From assembly GCA_041548245.1 (NCBI GenBank), contig JBFESZ010000011.1, positions 1 through 38,494 of the forward strand: DNA of 38,494 nucleotides, written 5' to 3'. The stretch is from Sulfurimonadaceae bacterium. GTDB taxonomy: Bacteria > Campylobacterota > Campylobacteria > Campylobacterales > Sulfurimonadaceae. A model generated the notes under the pieces. It worked only from the letters and a program-made list of their open reading frames with translations, did not search any database and was not told where the DNA came from. The position numbers were made by a program, and so were the translations under genes. Shown here in pieces: positions 17,028 to 25,971 of the stretch. Position 1 is the first letter of the stretch, and the number at the start of each line of letters is the position of its first letter.

Positions 17028-18764
17028 ATGAAAAAAACAAAACATTTATACTTACCCACAACCCGAGAAGAGATGAAAGAACGTGGTTGGAAACAGCTTG
17101 ACGTGATTTTGATTTCGGGGGATGCTTATATCGACTCACCCTATATTGGTGTGGCTGTTGTCGGACGCATATTAGAGAAACTGGGTTTTAAAGTCGGTAT
17201 TATCGGTCAGCCTGATGTCAATAGTGATGTGGATATCAAACGTCTGGGCGAACCGAAGCTTTATTGGGGTGTGAGCGGCGGAAGCATTGACTCTATGGTC
17301 GCAAACTACACGGCAACAAAAAAGTTTAGAAACTCGGACGATTATACGCCCGGAGGAAAAAATAATAAACGTCCCGACAGGGCTGTCAATGTCTATACAA
17401 ACCTCATACGACGTCACTTTAAGAATACCGTTCCCATTGTTCTTGGCGGGATTGAAGCAAGCCTGCGTCGTATCACACATTATGACTACTGGACGAACAA
17501 ACTGAGAAAGCCGATTCTTTTTGATTCAAAAGCCGATCTGCTGGTCTACGGAATGGGTGAGATGGCAATCGAAGAGTTGAGTATCGCACTGCGTGACGGG
17601 AAAGACTTCAAAGATATTCGCGGGATCTGTTATATCTCCAAAGAGCCTGTCAAAGAGTATATTCAACTTCCTTCACATGATGAGTGTCTTCAGGAGAAAG
17701 AGAAGTATATCGATATGTTTGATGACTTCTATGACAATAATGACCCGATCTCGGCAAAGGGGCTTTGTGAACCGGTTGACACACGTTATCTTATTCAAAA
17801 TCCGCCTTGTGATTATCTGAATGAGGAAGAGATGGATGCATTGGCAGACCTTCCTTTCACACGAGAGCTTCACCCCTATCACAGGCCTGAAGGGAAGGTG
17901 AAGTGTCTGGAGACGATAAAGTTCTCGATCAATACACACCAAGGGTGTTGGGGAGAGTGTAACTTCTGTGCAATTGGAGTCCATCAGGGGCGTACGATAC
18001 GTACACGTTCTGAAGCTTCCATCCTCAAAGAGGTCAAGCAGTTCACGCAGTATAAGGACTTCAAAGGGATCATCTCTGATGTCGGTGGGCCAACGGCTAA
18101 TATGTACGGGTATGAGTGTAAGAAAAAGCTTAAACACGGGACCTGTGCCCATCAGCGTTGTGTCGATGCCAACCACCTCTGCTCGTCGATGAAGATCAAC
18201 CATAAGCGTAACATCGATTTACTTCGTCAGGTTCGTGCCGTCGAAGGTGTTAAAAAGGCATTTGTGGCTTCGGGCATCCGGTATGACTTTATCACTGAGG
18301 ACAAGGAATATGGGTATGAATACCTGAAGGAACTGGTCAAACACCATATCTCAGGACAGATGAAGGTCGCACCCGAGCATACGCAGCAGCATGTTTTGGA
18401 CCTGATGGGGAAACCGGGAAAACAGACACTTATAGACTTTAAAAAGATGTATGACAAGCTCAATGCGGAAGAGGGTAAAAAACAGTTTTTGACCTATTAT
18501 CTCATCGCGGCTCATCCGGGTTGTGAAGAGCGGGACATGCATGAGCTCAAGCGTTTTACGACAGAAGAGCTTCAGATGAACCCTGAACAGGCACAGGTCT
18601 TTACACCGACACCGGGCACCTATTCATCTGTGATGTATTATACTGAGATGGATCCAGTCACGCGCAAGAAGATCTTTGTTGAAAAAGATATGAGTAGAAA
18701 AGAGAAACAGAAGGCAATCGTCGTTAAGAAAGAGAAGATTCAGCGTAACAATTTCGCGAGTTGA
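17028..18764 (+). CDS. ygiQ: YgiQ family radical SAM protein
   Basis: GDAYIDSP, GGIEASLRR.THYDYW, GCWGECNFC (CxxxCxxC), DVGGPTANMYG, ASGIRYD, KVAPEH, YLIAAHPG, QVFTPTP. Confidence 0.93.
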   Translation: MKKTKHLYLPTTREEMKERGWKQLDVILISGDAYIDSPYIGVAVVGRILEKLGFKVGIIGQPDVNSDVDIKRLGEPKLYWGVSGGSIDSMVANYTATKKFRNSDDYTPGGKNNKRPDRAVNVYTNLIRRHFKNTVPIVLGGIEASLRRITHYDYWTNKLRKPILFDSKADLLVYGMGEMAIEELSIALRDGKDFKDIRGICYISKEPVKEYIQLPSHDECLQEKEKYIDMFDDFYDNNDPISAKGLCEPVDTRYLIQNPPCDYLNEEEMDALADLPFTRELHPYHRPEGKVKCLETIKFSINTHQGCWGECNFCAIGVHQGRTIRTRSEASILKEVKQFTQYKDFKGIISDVGGPTANMYGYECKKKLKHGTCAHQRCVDANHLCSSMKINHKRNIDLLRQVRAVEGVKKAFVASGIRYDFITEDKEYGYEYLKELVKHHISGQMKVAPEHTQQHVLDLMGKPGKQTLIDFKKMYDKLNAEEGKKQFLTYYLIAAHPGCEERDMHELKRFTTEELQMNPEQAQVFTPTPGTYSSVMYYTEMDPVTRKKIFVEKDMSRKEKQKAIVVKKEKIQRNNFAS

Positions 18765-18817
18765 ACTTTCTTAAAGAAAAATATTGTATCATCTATTCTA
18801 GTTTAGAATCGTAAAGT

Positions 18818-19234
18818 ATGATGATGAATATTATAGATCGTTTTATGCAACAGCATCTTGAAATAGTTGGTTTATGTGAAGAGCTAAAGTTATATGCAAC
18901 AGGCGATTATCTACAAAAAGACACCACTTTAGCGTATAAGGTTCAATTGAACTTGAATGAGATACTTTCCTTGCACCTGCAATTTGAAGACCATTCTCTT
19001 TATCCTTTGCTGCTTGAAGACAAAGACCCTAACATAAAAAACACAGCCTTAAGACTGCAAGAAGAAGTTGGTTCGGTCACTTTAGCGCATACGACATATC
19101 AGAAAAAGTATGCGTCACAGGAGAGTATCGATAAAGATATTTTCACCTATGCTGATGAGACACAGAGACTAATTGCTTTAATCCTGGAACGTATCCAAAA
19201 AGAAGAGGTGGAGTTGTATTCGCTGTTAAGATAA
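18818..19234 (+). CDS. Hemerythrin-like (HHE) domain protein
   Basis: H...HLQFED..LYP and C-terminal RIQKEE..LY repeats of the four-helix hemerythrin-like fold. Confidence 0.75.
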   Translation: MMMNIIDRFMQQHLEIVGLCEELKLYATGDYLQKDTTLAYKVQLNLNEILSLHLQFEDHSLYPLLLEDKDPNIKNTALRLQEEVGSVTLAHTTYQKKYASQESIDKDIFTYADETQRLIALILERIQKEEVELYSLLR

Positions 19235-19262
19235 TTCACACTTGTCTGATAATAAAACTAAT

Positions 19263-19277
19263 TGGCACATTTTTTGC
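19263..19277 (+). promoter_or_regulatory. sigma54 (-24/-12) promoter consensus
   Basis: TGGCAC-ATTTT-TTGC: GG at 19264-19265 and GC at 19276-19277 with exactly 10 nt between. Intergenic and facing the S4-trpD-tsaE-lptB-rpoN genes. Confidence 0.7.
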
Positions 19278-19350
19278 GTCTCTTAGTCTCCTTTTAGCTT
19301 CCTTTCCTTACAATTTGCAATTAAAGAATAAGTAACTATTATGGGTATAA

Positions 19351-19599
19351 ATGCGAATTGATAAATTTTTGAATGCCGTTAATCTGACTAAACGCCGTAC
19401 TATTGCTCAGGATATGATATCTAATGGTGTCGTTCTAATTAATGGCAAGGTCGTCAAGGCCAGTAAAAATGTCGAAGTGGGTGATGAAATAGAACTTGCC
19501 TACCTCAAGGGAAGTAAAAAATATATGGTACTTACCATCCCTACATTGAAGTCCACTCCAAAATCGGAACAAGATAAGTACATCAAGGAGATCTTATGA
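19351..19599 (+). CDS. RNA-binding S4 domain protein (RqcP/YabO/HslR-like)
   Basis: MRIDKFL...KRRTIAQ....GVV.ING...KASK.V.VGD.I; 82 aa. Confidence 0.9.
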   Translation: MRIDKFLNAVNLTKRRTIAQDMISNGVVLINGKVVKASKNVEVGDEIELAYLKGSKKYMVLTIPTLKSTPKSEQDKYIKEIL

Positions 19600-20582
19600 A
19601 CTACCATGAAGCCAAAACTGCTTTTGAACAGCTCTTTGAGCATAAGATGGATGATGCTCAAATGCGCGAGTTTTTGATCTCCATGAAACTTGATGAAAGT
19701 ACCCCTGTTGAAGCGATTGCTGCAGCAGCTTCTGTCATGCGTTCTCATGCTGTGGCTCTGCCTATAGCTGAAGAACTTCGTCCTCGTCTGTTGGATGTTG
19801 TTGGTACAGGAGGTGATAAGATTGGAAGTTTCAACATCTCTTCTACCGTTGCAATCTTGTGCGCTTCAGCAGGCGCATATGTCGCTAAGCATGGAAGCCG
19901 GTCGATCACATCAAAGTCCGGTTCAGCTGATATGTTTGAGAGTCTGGGTGTACGACTGGATCTTGGGCTTGAACAAAGTGCACGGCTTTTGGAAGAGACA
20001 GGGTTTACCTTTATGTTTGCACAGAATCACCACCCTGCGATGAAGTTCATAATGCCCGTAAGAAAGAGTATTAGTGAGAAGACAATTTTTAATGTTCTTG
20101 GTCCCTTGACAAATCCGGCAGGTGTAACAAAGACGATGCTAGGGGTCTTTGATAAAAGTTTTGTCCCTAAGATAGCCGAAGCCTTACAGATTAATGGTTC
20201 TACGTCGGCTTTAGTGGTCAGCTCTCGTGAGCACATGGATGAGGTGAGTATCTCAGACATTACGTATGCAGCACGCTTGGACAGCAATGGGATAAGAGAG
20301 TTTGAAATCGATCCGCTTGAATTTGGTATTAAGCGGGCACCTTTAGAAGCGATTATAGGTGGTGATGCACAGACGAATGCTCAGATTTTGCATGATATCT
20401 TCAACGACAGAGCTCAAGAGGCACAGCGCGATATCGTACTTATCAACGCGGCCTGTGCTTTGATGGTCGAAGGGATGGCGAGGGATATTCAAGACGGGCT
20501 TGAGATGGCCACAGATGCGATAAAAAGTAAGAAAGCCAAGGCCAAACTGGATGAGATTATAAAGGTATCTTCACAATTATGA
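19596..20582 (+). CDS. trpD: Anthranilate phosphoribosyltransferase
   Basis: DVVGTGGD...FNISST, AKHGSRSITSKSGSAD, HHPAMK, TIFNVLGPLTNP, MDEVS. Confidence 0.96.
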   Translation: MNYHEAKTAFEQLFEHKMDDAQMREFLISMKLDESTPVEAIAAAASVMRSHAVALPIAEELRPRLLDVVGTGGDKIGSFNISSTVAILCASAGAYVAKHGSRSITSKSGSADMFESLGVRLDLGLEQSARLLEETGFTFMFAQNHHPAMKFIMPVRKSISEKTIFNVLGPLTNPAGVTKTMLGVFDKSFVPKIAEALQINGSTSALVVSSREHMDEVSISDITYAARLDSNGIREFEIDPLEFGIKRAPLEAIIGGDAQTNAQILHDIFNDRAQEAQRDIVLINAACALMVEGMARDIQDGLEMATDAIKSKKAKAKLDEIIKVSSQL

Positions 20583-20989
20583 AAGAGTTTCTTCTGGGTT
20601 TGGATGAACTTGACCGTGTTATTGATGAGATTGAAGCACAACTGCCTTGTGGGGGTGTCGTGATCTTGCAGGGAGATCTGGCATCGGGCAAGACAACATT
20701 GACACAGGCATTTGCCCGCCGCCTCGGTGAGAAAGAGAATGTGACTTCACCCACTTTTTCTTTGCAGCAGTGTTATGGGGATAGACTGTTTCATTATGAC
20801 CTTTATAACAAGGGACTGGATCATTTTATGAGCATGGGTCTTTTAGAGGAACTTGAGAAAGAGGGATATCACCTGATTGAGTGGGGAGATGACAAGCTAA
20901 GAGACCTATTGGATTCAGCGGGGATACCTTCCATGCACATAGCAATTAAAAAAGATAATGACAAAAGAGTGTACAGATGCATAAACTAG
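20579..20989 (+). CDS. tsaE: tRNA t6A biosynthesis ATPase TsaE
   Basis: GDLASGKTT, VTSPTFSL, HYDLY, LIEW. Confidence 0.93.
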   Translation: MKEFLLGLDELDRVIDEIEAQLPCGGVVILQGDLASGKTTLTQAFARRLGEKENVTSPTFSLQQCYGDRLFHYDLYNKGLDHFMSMGLLEELEKEGYHLIEWGDDKLRDLLDSAGIPSMHIAIKKDNDKRVYRCIN

Positions 20990-21699
20990 AGGCCAGAGGG
21001 CTTAAGAAAACTATTAAGAAGACGCCTATAGTTCGTGGAATGTCTTTAGAAGTGAACAGTGGAGAAGTGGTAGGTCTGTTAGGGCCGAATGGAGCAGGTA
21101 AGACGACGACTTTTTATATGATATGCGGTCTGGTTGAGTCTACTGAGGGCGAAGTCTTTTTCGATGATGACAATATCTCCAATCTGCCTCTTCACAAACG
21201 TGCAGTCAAAGGGATAGGCTATCTGCCGCAAGAGTCATCGATTTTTAAAGACTTGACAGTAGAAGACAATCTTCTCGTTGCTGCCGAAGTCAATATCGAT
21301 GATGAAGAAGCGCGATATAAACGTATTGACGAGCTTCTTGATCTATTTAATATTGAACCGATTCGTCACCGTAAAGGGGTGAGCCTTTCTGGTGGAGAAC
21401 GTCGCCGTGTGGAGATAGCACGCGCCCTGGTCAATGCACCAAAGTTCCTTCTGTTGGATGAACCTTTTGCCGGAGTCGATCCGATTGCGGTTATGGACAT
21501 CCAGAGTATTATCAATCAGTTGACCGATATCGGTATAGGTGTTTTGATAACAGATCACAATGTACGTGAGACCTTAGCCGTATGCGACAGGGCCTATGTC
21601 ATTAAGGCCGGCGAATTATTGGCCTCAGGGACTTCTAAAGAGATCTCGGAAAATGAAGATGTACGTCGCCATTACCTGGGTGAAAGTTTTAAGTTCTGA
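20977..21699 (+). CDS. lptB: LPS export ABC transporter ATPase LptB
   Basis: GPNGAGKTTTFYMICG, GIGYLPQESSIF, LSGGERRRVEIAR, DEPFAGVDP, ITDHNVRETL, YLGESF; upstream of rpoN. Confidence 0.96.
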   Translation: MHKLEARGLKKTIKKTPIVRGMSLEVNSGEVVGLLGPNGAGKTTTFYMICGLVESTEGEVFFDDDNISNLPLHKRAVKGIGYLPQESSIFKDLTVEDNLLVAAEVNIDDEEARYKRIDELLDLFNIEPIRHRKGVSLSGGERRRVEIARALVNAPKFLLLDEPFAGVDPIAVMDIQSIINQLTDIGIGVLITDHNVRETLAVCDRAYVIKAGELLASGTSKEISENEDVRRHYLGESFKF

Positions 21700-21805
21700 T
21701 CCGATGGAAAACTGACATGAGTATACAGAAGAGGGAGATTGTTTTTTTGACATATGATAACTTCTTCTGTAGCTATAGACGCATGGCATCATTTCAGGGT
21801 GTGTT

Positions 21806-23080
21806 ATGGCATTAAGAACTTCTCAAAGTGTTGAATCCAAAAACAAACTCTCTTCTACTCTGCGAAACTGGCTTCCCATACTCCATTCGGGCCTTGGAGA
21901 TCTTGAGGAAGCGATGGCTCCTTTTGTCGAAGGTAACCCTCTCATTGAAGTTAAATCAGGTTATGAGGAAAACTTTGAAAAACGCTTGCCTAAAAAGGTC
22001 CTTTACGGGCAGGGCGTAAAGAACTCCCAGACAGAGCAGATCGAGGCGCTCACTATCGCCAACAAATCTCTATATGACGTTTTGGACGAACAGATAGACT
22101 CATCGCTTTTTCCGACTCAAATATCAAAAGAGATCGCCTATTCCGTAATAGAAAACCTAGATGAGGATGGCTTCTTTGAAGGGGATGTTTCTGTCTTAAG
22201 TGAAAAATTAGGGGTTAGTGAGGATCAGTATGAAAAGGTACGCAAACGTTTTGCCTATCTTGATCCAATAGGTATCGGTGCGAAAGATGTCAAAGAGTGT
22301 TTTCTGTTCCAACTTGATGATGCCAGCATCTCAGATAGTAACTACTCTTTGGCTTTAAAGATCATTGAAAATCTTGAGGATATCCACTCATTTGCACAAG
22401 AAGAGGGCTTTGAAGAGACATTAAAGGTAATACAGAGTTTTCGAAATCCTCCGGCTATAGAGTATTTTGAAGATTCTAACGAGATCATCTGCGATTTGAT
22501 GATCTATTTTAATGAAGAGGGTGGAATAGAGGTCAAGATCAATGATGCTTACTATCCTACGATCACCATTGATACGGAATACGGAGTTGAACATGAATAT
22601 GTCTCGGCAAAGATCAAAGAGGCAAAAAGTCTTGTCGATGCTTTGGATATGCGACGTGCGACTCTGTATAAAGTCGGTTTGATGATTGTTGAGTATCAGT
22701 ATGAGTTTTTTACCGGCGGTTCAATCAAGCCGCTGACGCTAAAGACACTTGCGGATGAGTTTGGTCATAATCCTTCTACCATATCACGTGCAATTGCCAA
22801 CAAGTATATTGCCTGTGAACGCGGTGTTTTCGCGATGAAAGAGTTCTTTACTACGGCTATTGACGAAGATGTCTCAAATGCTGCCATTAAAGAATATTTG
22901 AGCAGTCTGGTCAAAGATGAACCGCATAATAAACCGCTTTCTGATATGAAGTTACTTGAGCTTATCCAAGAGAAGTTTAAAGTAAAGATGGTCCGCCGTA
23001 CTATCGCGAAGTACAGAAAGCAACTCAATATTGCAGGTTCGAGTGAACGTAAAAAACTTTATGTGCTTGGAATAAATTGA
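21806..23080 (+). CDS. rpoN: RNA polymerase sigma-54 factor
   Basis: DPIGIGAK, PLTLKTLA...STISRAIANKY helix-turn-helix, PLSD, RpoN box VRRTIAKYR. Confidence 0.96.
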   Translation: MALRTSQSVESKNKLSSTLRNWLPILHSGLGDLEEAMAPFVEGNPLIEVKSGYEENFEKRLPKKVLYGQGVKNSQTEQIEALTIANKSLYDVLDEQIDSSLFPTQISKEIAYSVIENLDEDGFFEGDVSVLSEKLGVSEDQYEKVRKRFAYLDPIGIGAKDVKECFLFQLDDASISDSNYSLALKIIENLEDIHSFAQEEGFEETLKVIQSFRNPPAIEYFEDSNEIICDLMIYFNEEGGIEVKINDAYYPTITIDTEYGVEHEYVSAKIKEAKSLVDALDMRRATLYKVGLMIVEYQYEFFTGGSIKPLTLKTLADEFGHNPSTISRAIANKYIACERGVFAMKEFFTTAIDEDVSNAAIKEYLSSLVKDEPHNKPLSDMKLLELIQEKFKVKMVRRTIAKYRKQLNIAGSSERKKLYVLGIN

Positions 23081-23835
23081 GACTCAATAAGAAAGATTTG
23101 GCCTTAAAAGAGAGGCTGGAGCAGGAAGTTGAGCGTCGAAATGTTTCAGATGAGGTATCCTTCGAAAAGCCTGATCCCATTTTGATCGCCAAGGCCTATA
23201 ATGATGAATTTATAGCATTGGTATGTGCTCTTTTTGCCTATGGCAAGGTTGATAATATCATACGGTTTCTGCACTCTTTGGATATGAGTCTTATCGATGA
23301 GAAAGAGCATCTCATCAGACAGAAGCTTCAAAATCATTATTATCGTTTCCAAAGTTCTGAGGATATTATCCAGTTCTTTATCACCCTCTCCCGGTTTAAA
23401 GCAGAACATAGCATCAATAGTGTTTTTTTAGAAGGTTATGAGCAAAACAGGGATGTCATCGAAGGGATTAATACGATTCTTCAAAAGATGTATGCTTTAA
23501 ATGGGTATAACAGCAGGGGTTATACTTTCCTGCTTGGAAAGATCAGCTACAAACGAAAAGGTTCAGGTGCTTTGAAGCGCTGGAATATGTACCTGCGTTG
23601 GATGGTCCGCCAGGATGAGATCGACTTGGGACTCTGGTCTGGCGTAGATACAAAAGATTTGATTCTACCCTTGGACACGCATACGTTTAATATGGGTAAA
23701 CAACTGGGTCTGTTAAAAAGAAAAAGTTATGATCTTGAGGCTGCATGGGAGATGACGCAAAAACTGAAGTCATTTGATGAAGAAGACCCGATTAAGTATG
23801 ATTTTGCCCTTTATCGCTTAGGTCAGGAGTCTTAG
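23077..23835 (+). CDS. TIGR02757/DUF2400 family protein
   Basis: ALFAYG, YYRFQ, KRWNMYLRWMVR..IDLGLW, PLDTH, DPIKYDFALY; TTG start overlapping the rpoN stop. Confidence 0.88.
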   Translation: MRLNKKDLALKERLEQEVERRNVSDEVSFEKPDPILIAKAYNDEFIALVCALFAYGKVDNIIRFLHSLDMSLIDEKEHLIRQKLQNHYYRFQSSEDIIQFFITLSRFKAEHSINSVFLEGYEQNRDVIEGINTILQKMYALNGYNSRGYTFLLGKISYKRKGSGALKRWNMYLRWMVRQDEIDLGLWSGVDTKDLILPLDTHTFNMGKQLGLLKRKSYDLEAAWEMTQKLKSFDEEDPIKYDFALYRLGQES

Positions 23836-23899
23836 CTGAAGTAGAGTGTTAAAGCGCAGGCAAGTGTTGTCTGATCTTAAAGAGATGATGGTTATGGCT

Positions 23900-24283
23900 T
23901 TACTCTTTGGACTTTAATATTGCAAGATGGGAACTGCTTGTTGCAATAAGTTGTGTATCACAGAAAATTTCGACGCTTACAAAAGCATTTCTTCGTCCCA
24001 TCTTTACAAGCCTACCTACCGCACTTAAATGAGCTCCCTTTCCGGGACGAAGATAGTTTACGGTGAGTTCTTGAGTCACAGCTGTCAAGCCTTTTGACAG
24101 GTAGGGTTCCAAGACGAACCATCCTGTATTGTCAGCAAGCGTGGAGATAACACCCCCATGGATATATCCCATATGTTGTAGATGTTCCGTGGAGACTTCA
24201 AGGTTTAACACGGCACCATTGATATCACTCTGCTCGACACGACAACCGATGTAATCGAGAAAATTAAAGCATTCCTTTGACAT
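23900..24283 (-). CDS. PaaI family thioesterase (hotdog fold)
   Basis: HLQHMGYIHGGVISTLAD, T.EL.VNYLRP, GRR. Confidence 0.9.
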   Translation of the reverse strand: MSKECFNFLDYIGCRVEQSDINGAVLNLEVSTEHLQHMGYIHGGVISTLADNTGWFVLEPYLSKGLTAVTQELTVNYLRPGKGAHLSAVGRLVKMGRRNAFVSVEIFCDTQLIATSSSHLAILKSKE

Positions 24284-24289
24284 AAAATC

Positions 24290-24295
24290 ATTATA
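24290..24295 (-). promoter_or_regulatory. -10 TATAAT 6 nt before the PaaI ATG (leaderless promoter)
   Basis: Minus strand reads ttggc-TATAAT-gatttt-ATG; no SD is present. Confidence 0.65.
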
Positions 24296-24450
24296 GCCAA
24301 ATACTAAGCAGAAAAGGAAAAATATATTTTCGACAAATTGTTCAAGTTGCTATCTTTTTTAGGGATGTTTAATGCAAAAGTTTATATAATCGCGTCATTA
24401 TTTTAAAAAAAAGTACTTGGTTTTAGTGCTTTGTATAAGGGAACTTCACG

Positions 24451-25131
24451 ATGGATGGACGTTTATTTACCTTCTTTGGTACGATCAGTCATGATCACAG
24501 TTTTATCTTTTTAACACATATGCTTTTAAGTGCGGTAATCGTACTTGTAATTGCAAAGATCGCAACAAAAAGTATGCGTCTTGTTCCTACGGGAACACAA
24601 AATGTAATGGAAGCATACCTTGGTGGTGTACTTGCTATGGGTGCTGACGTTATGGGTAAAGAAGATGCGCGTAAATACCTTCCACTGGTTGCTACGATCG
24701 GGCTTTTTGTTGGTGTTGCTAACCTTATCGGTGTTATACCTGGTTTTGAGGCTCCTACAGCTTTCTTGGACATGACACTTGCTCTTGCTCTAGTTGTTTT
24801 CTTCTATTATAACTTTGAAGGTATTAGACGTAACGGTATTATCAAGTATTTTGCTCATTTCATGGGGCCAGTATGGTGGTTGGCATGGTTGATGTTCCCG
24901 ATTGAGATCGTATCTCACCTTTCTCGTGTTATCTCACTCTCTTTCCGTCTTTTCGGAAACGTTAAAGGGGATGATATGTTCTTGATGGTTCTATTGATGC
25001 TGACTCCATGGATCTTCCCAATGATCCCATTCGCACTATTGACATTCATGGCACTTCTTCAAGCCTTTATCTTTATGATGCTGACTTACGTCTATCTTGG
25101 CGGAGCAGTAATGGTTGCTGACGATCACTAA
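24451..25131 (+). CDS. atpB: F0F1 ATP synthase subunit a
   Basis: Hydrophobic; [29 protein letters not shown] (essential Arg), [19 protein letters not shown] at 24385-24390. Confidence 0.97.
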   Translation: MDGRLFTFFGTISHDHSFIFLTHMLLSAVIVLVIAKIATKSMRLVPTGTQNVMEAYLGGVLAMGADVMGKEDARKYLPLVATIGLFVGVANLIGVIPGFEAPTAFLDMTLALALVVFFYYNFEGIRRNGIIKYFAHFMGPVWWLAWLMFPIEIVSHLSRVISLSFRLFGNVKGDDMFLMVLLMLTPWIFPMIPFALLTFMALLQAFIFMMLTYVYLGGAVMVADDH

Positions 25132-25146
25132 GCGGATACGCATTCA

Positions 25147-25416
25147 ATGAAAAAAAACGTCTATGAAACTATCCTTAGTTTTCTACTAGGCGTCTCCTGG
25201 GCATTTCTTGTCTTGGGAGCAGTTCTTACTTTTGAATCCTTTATTGACTTTGGCCTTACAACCGCTCTCTTTGCCACAATAATATTTATCTTTATCTTTC
25301 TGTTCTTGATCCTGGTACTTGAAACGATGAACCTTTATCGAGAGGGTTATGAAGAGAAGTGCAAGCAGACAAAACTACTTTCAGAGATAAAAGAACTGCT
25401 CAAAAAAGATGATTAA
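25147..25416 (+). CDS. Small two-TM membrane protein with coiled-coil tail
   Basis: Two hydrophobic segments and a charged tail (QTKLLSEIK); sits between atpB and the thiE-like gene, overlapping the latter. Confidence 0.7.
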   Translation: MKKNVYETILSFLLGVSWAFLVLGAVLTFESFIDFGLTTALFATIIFIFIFLFLILVLETMNLYREGYEEKCKQTKLLSEIKELLKKDD

Positions 25417-25963
25417 GTCTTATCTGATCACTGATCCTTCTCTTTTTGGAAATACTCCTGAAACATTAATCCCCTCTCTTTCACGGGCCTTGCAAGAGCA
25501 CCATCCGGATTTTGTCTGTTTGCGTGATAAGGATAACAAGGATTATAAAAGGCTAGCAGAAGTGTTTTTAGCCATAGAAGGAAAGCATAAGGCCTTTTTA
25601 CACGGTGATGTGGACTTGGCAATCTCATTAGGAGCTTATGGTGTTCATCTAAGCTCTTTGCAGTTTGATGAGATAACAAGGGCAAAGGAGTCAGGTCTGT
25701 TTGTTATCGCTTCTACACACTCTTATGAAGAAGCCTTGCGTGCAGATGAAGCAGACGCTATTACCTATAGTCCCATTTTTTTCTCTCCAAACAAAGGAAA
25801 ACCGAAGGGTTTAGAGGATTTAAAAGAAATAACGGGTAAAATCAATACCAAAATATTTGCCCTTGGCGGAATTACAAGCAAAGAGCAGATACAGCAGGTC
25901 GAAGCGTGCGGTGCTTACGGCTTTGCTTCAATACGATATTTTGCGCATACGGCGCAGTCATAA
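25409..25963 (+). CDS. Thiamine phosphate synthase-like protein (ThiE/TenI family)
   Basis: YLITD, LRDK, GVHL, STHS..E, YSPIF..PNK, FALGGI. Confidence 0.8.
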   Translation: MIKSYLITDPSLFGNTPETLIPSLSRALQEHHPDFVCLRDKDNKDYKRLAEVFLAIEGKHKAFLHGDVDLAISLGAYGVHLSSLQFDEITRAKESGLFVIASTHSYEEALRADEADAITYSPIFFSPNKGKPKGLEDLKEITGKINTKIFALGGITSKEQIQQVEACGAYGFASIRYFAHTAQS

Positions 25964-25971
25964 GGAAAACA

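Noticed and set aside
21784..21798. TGGCA just upstream of rpoN as a second sigma54 site
   Set aside because: The -12 position reads GG, not GC.
21717..21815. 32-codon ORF overlapping the rpoN start (MSIQKREIVF...)
   Set aside because: Only a weak GGA SD and no protein-like features; would need Ribo-seq to support.
24451..25131. atpB isolated from other ATP synthase genes
   Set aside because: A split atp operon is the normal arrangement in Campylobacterota.
25409..25963. Calling this gene thiE
   Set aside because: The ND motif is replaced (HGDVD), the protein is short and no thiamine genes are nearby, so it is left as ThiE/TenI-like.
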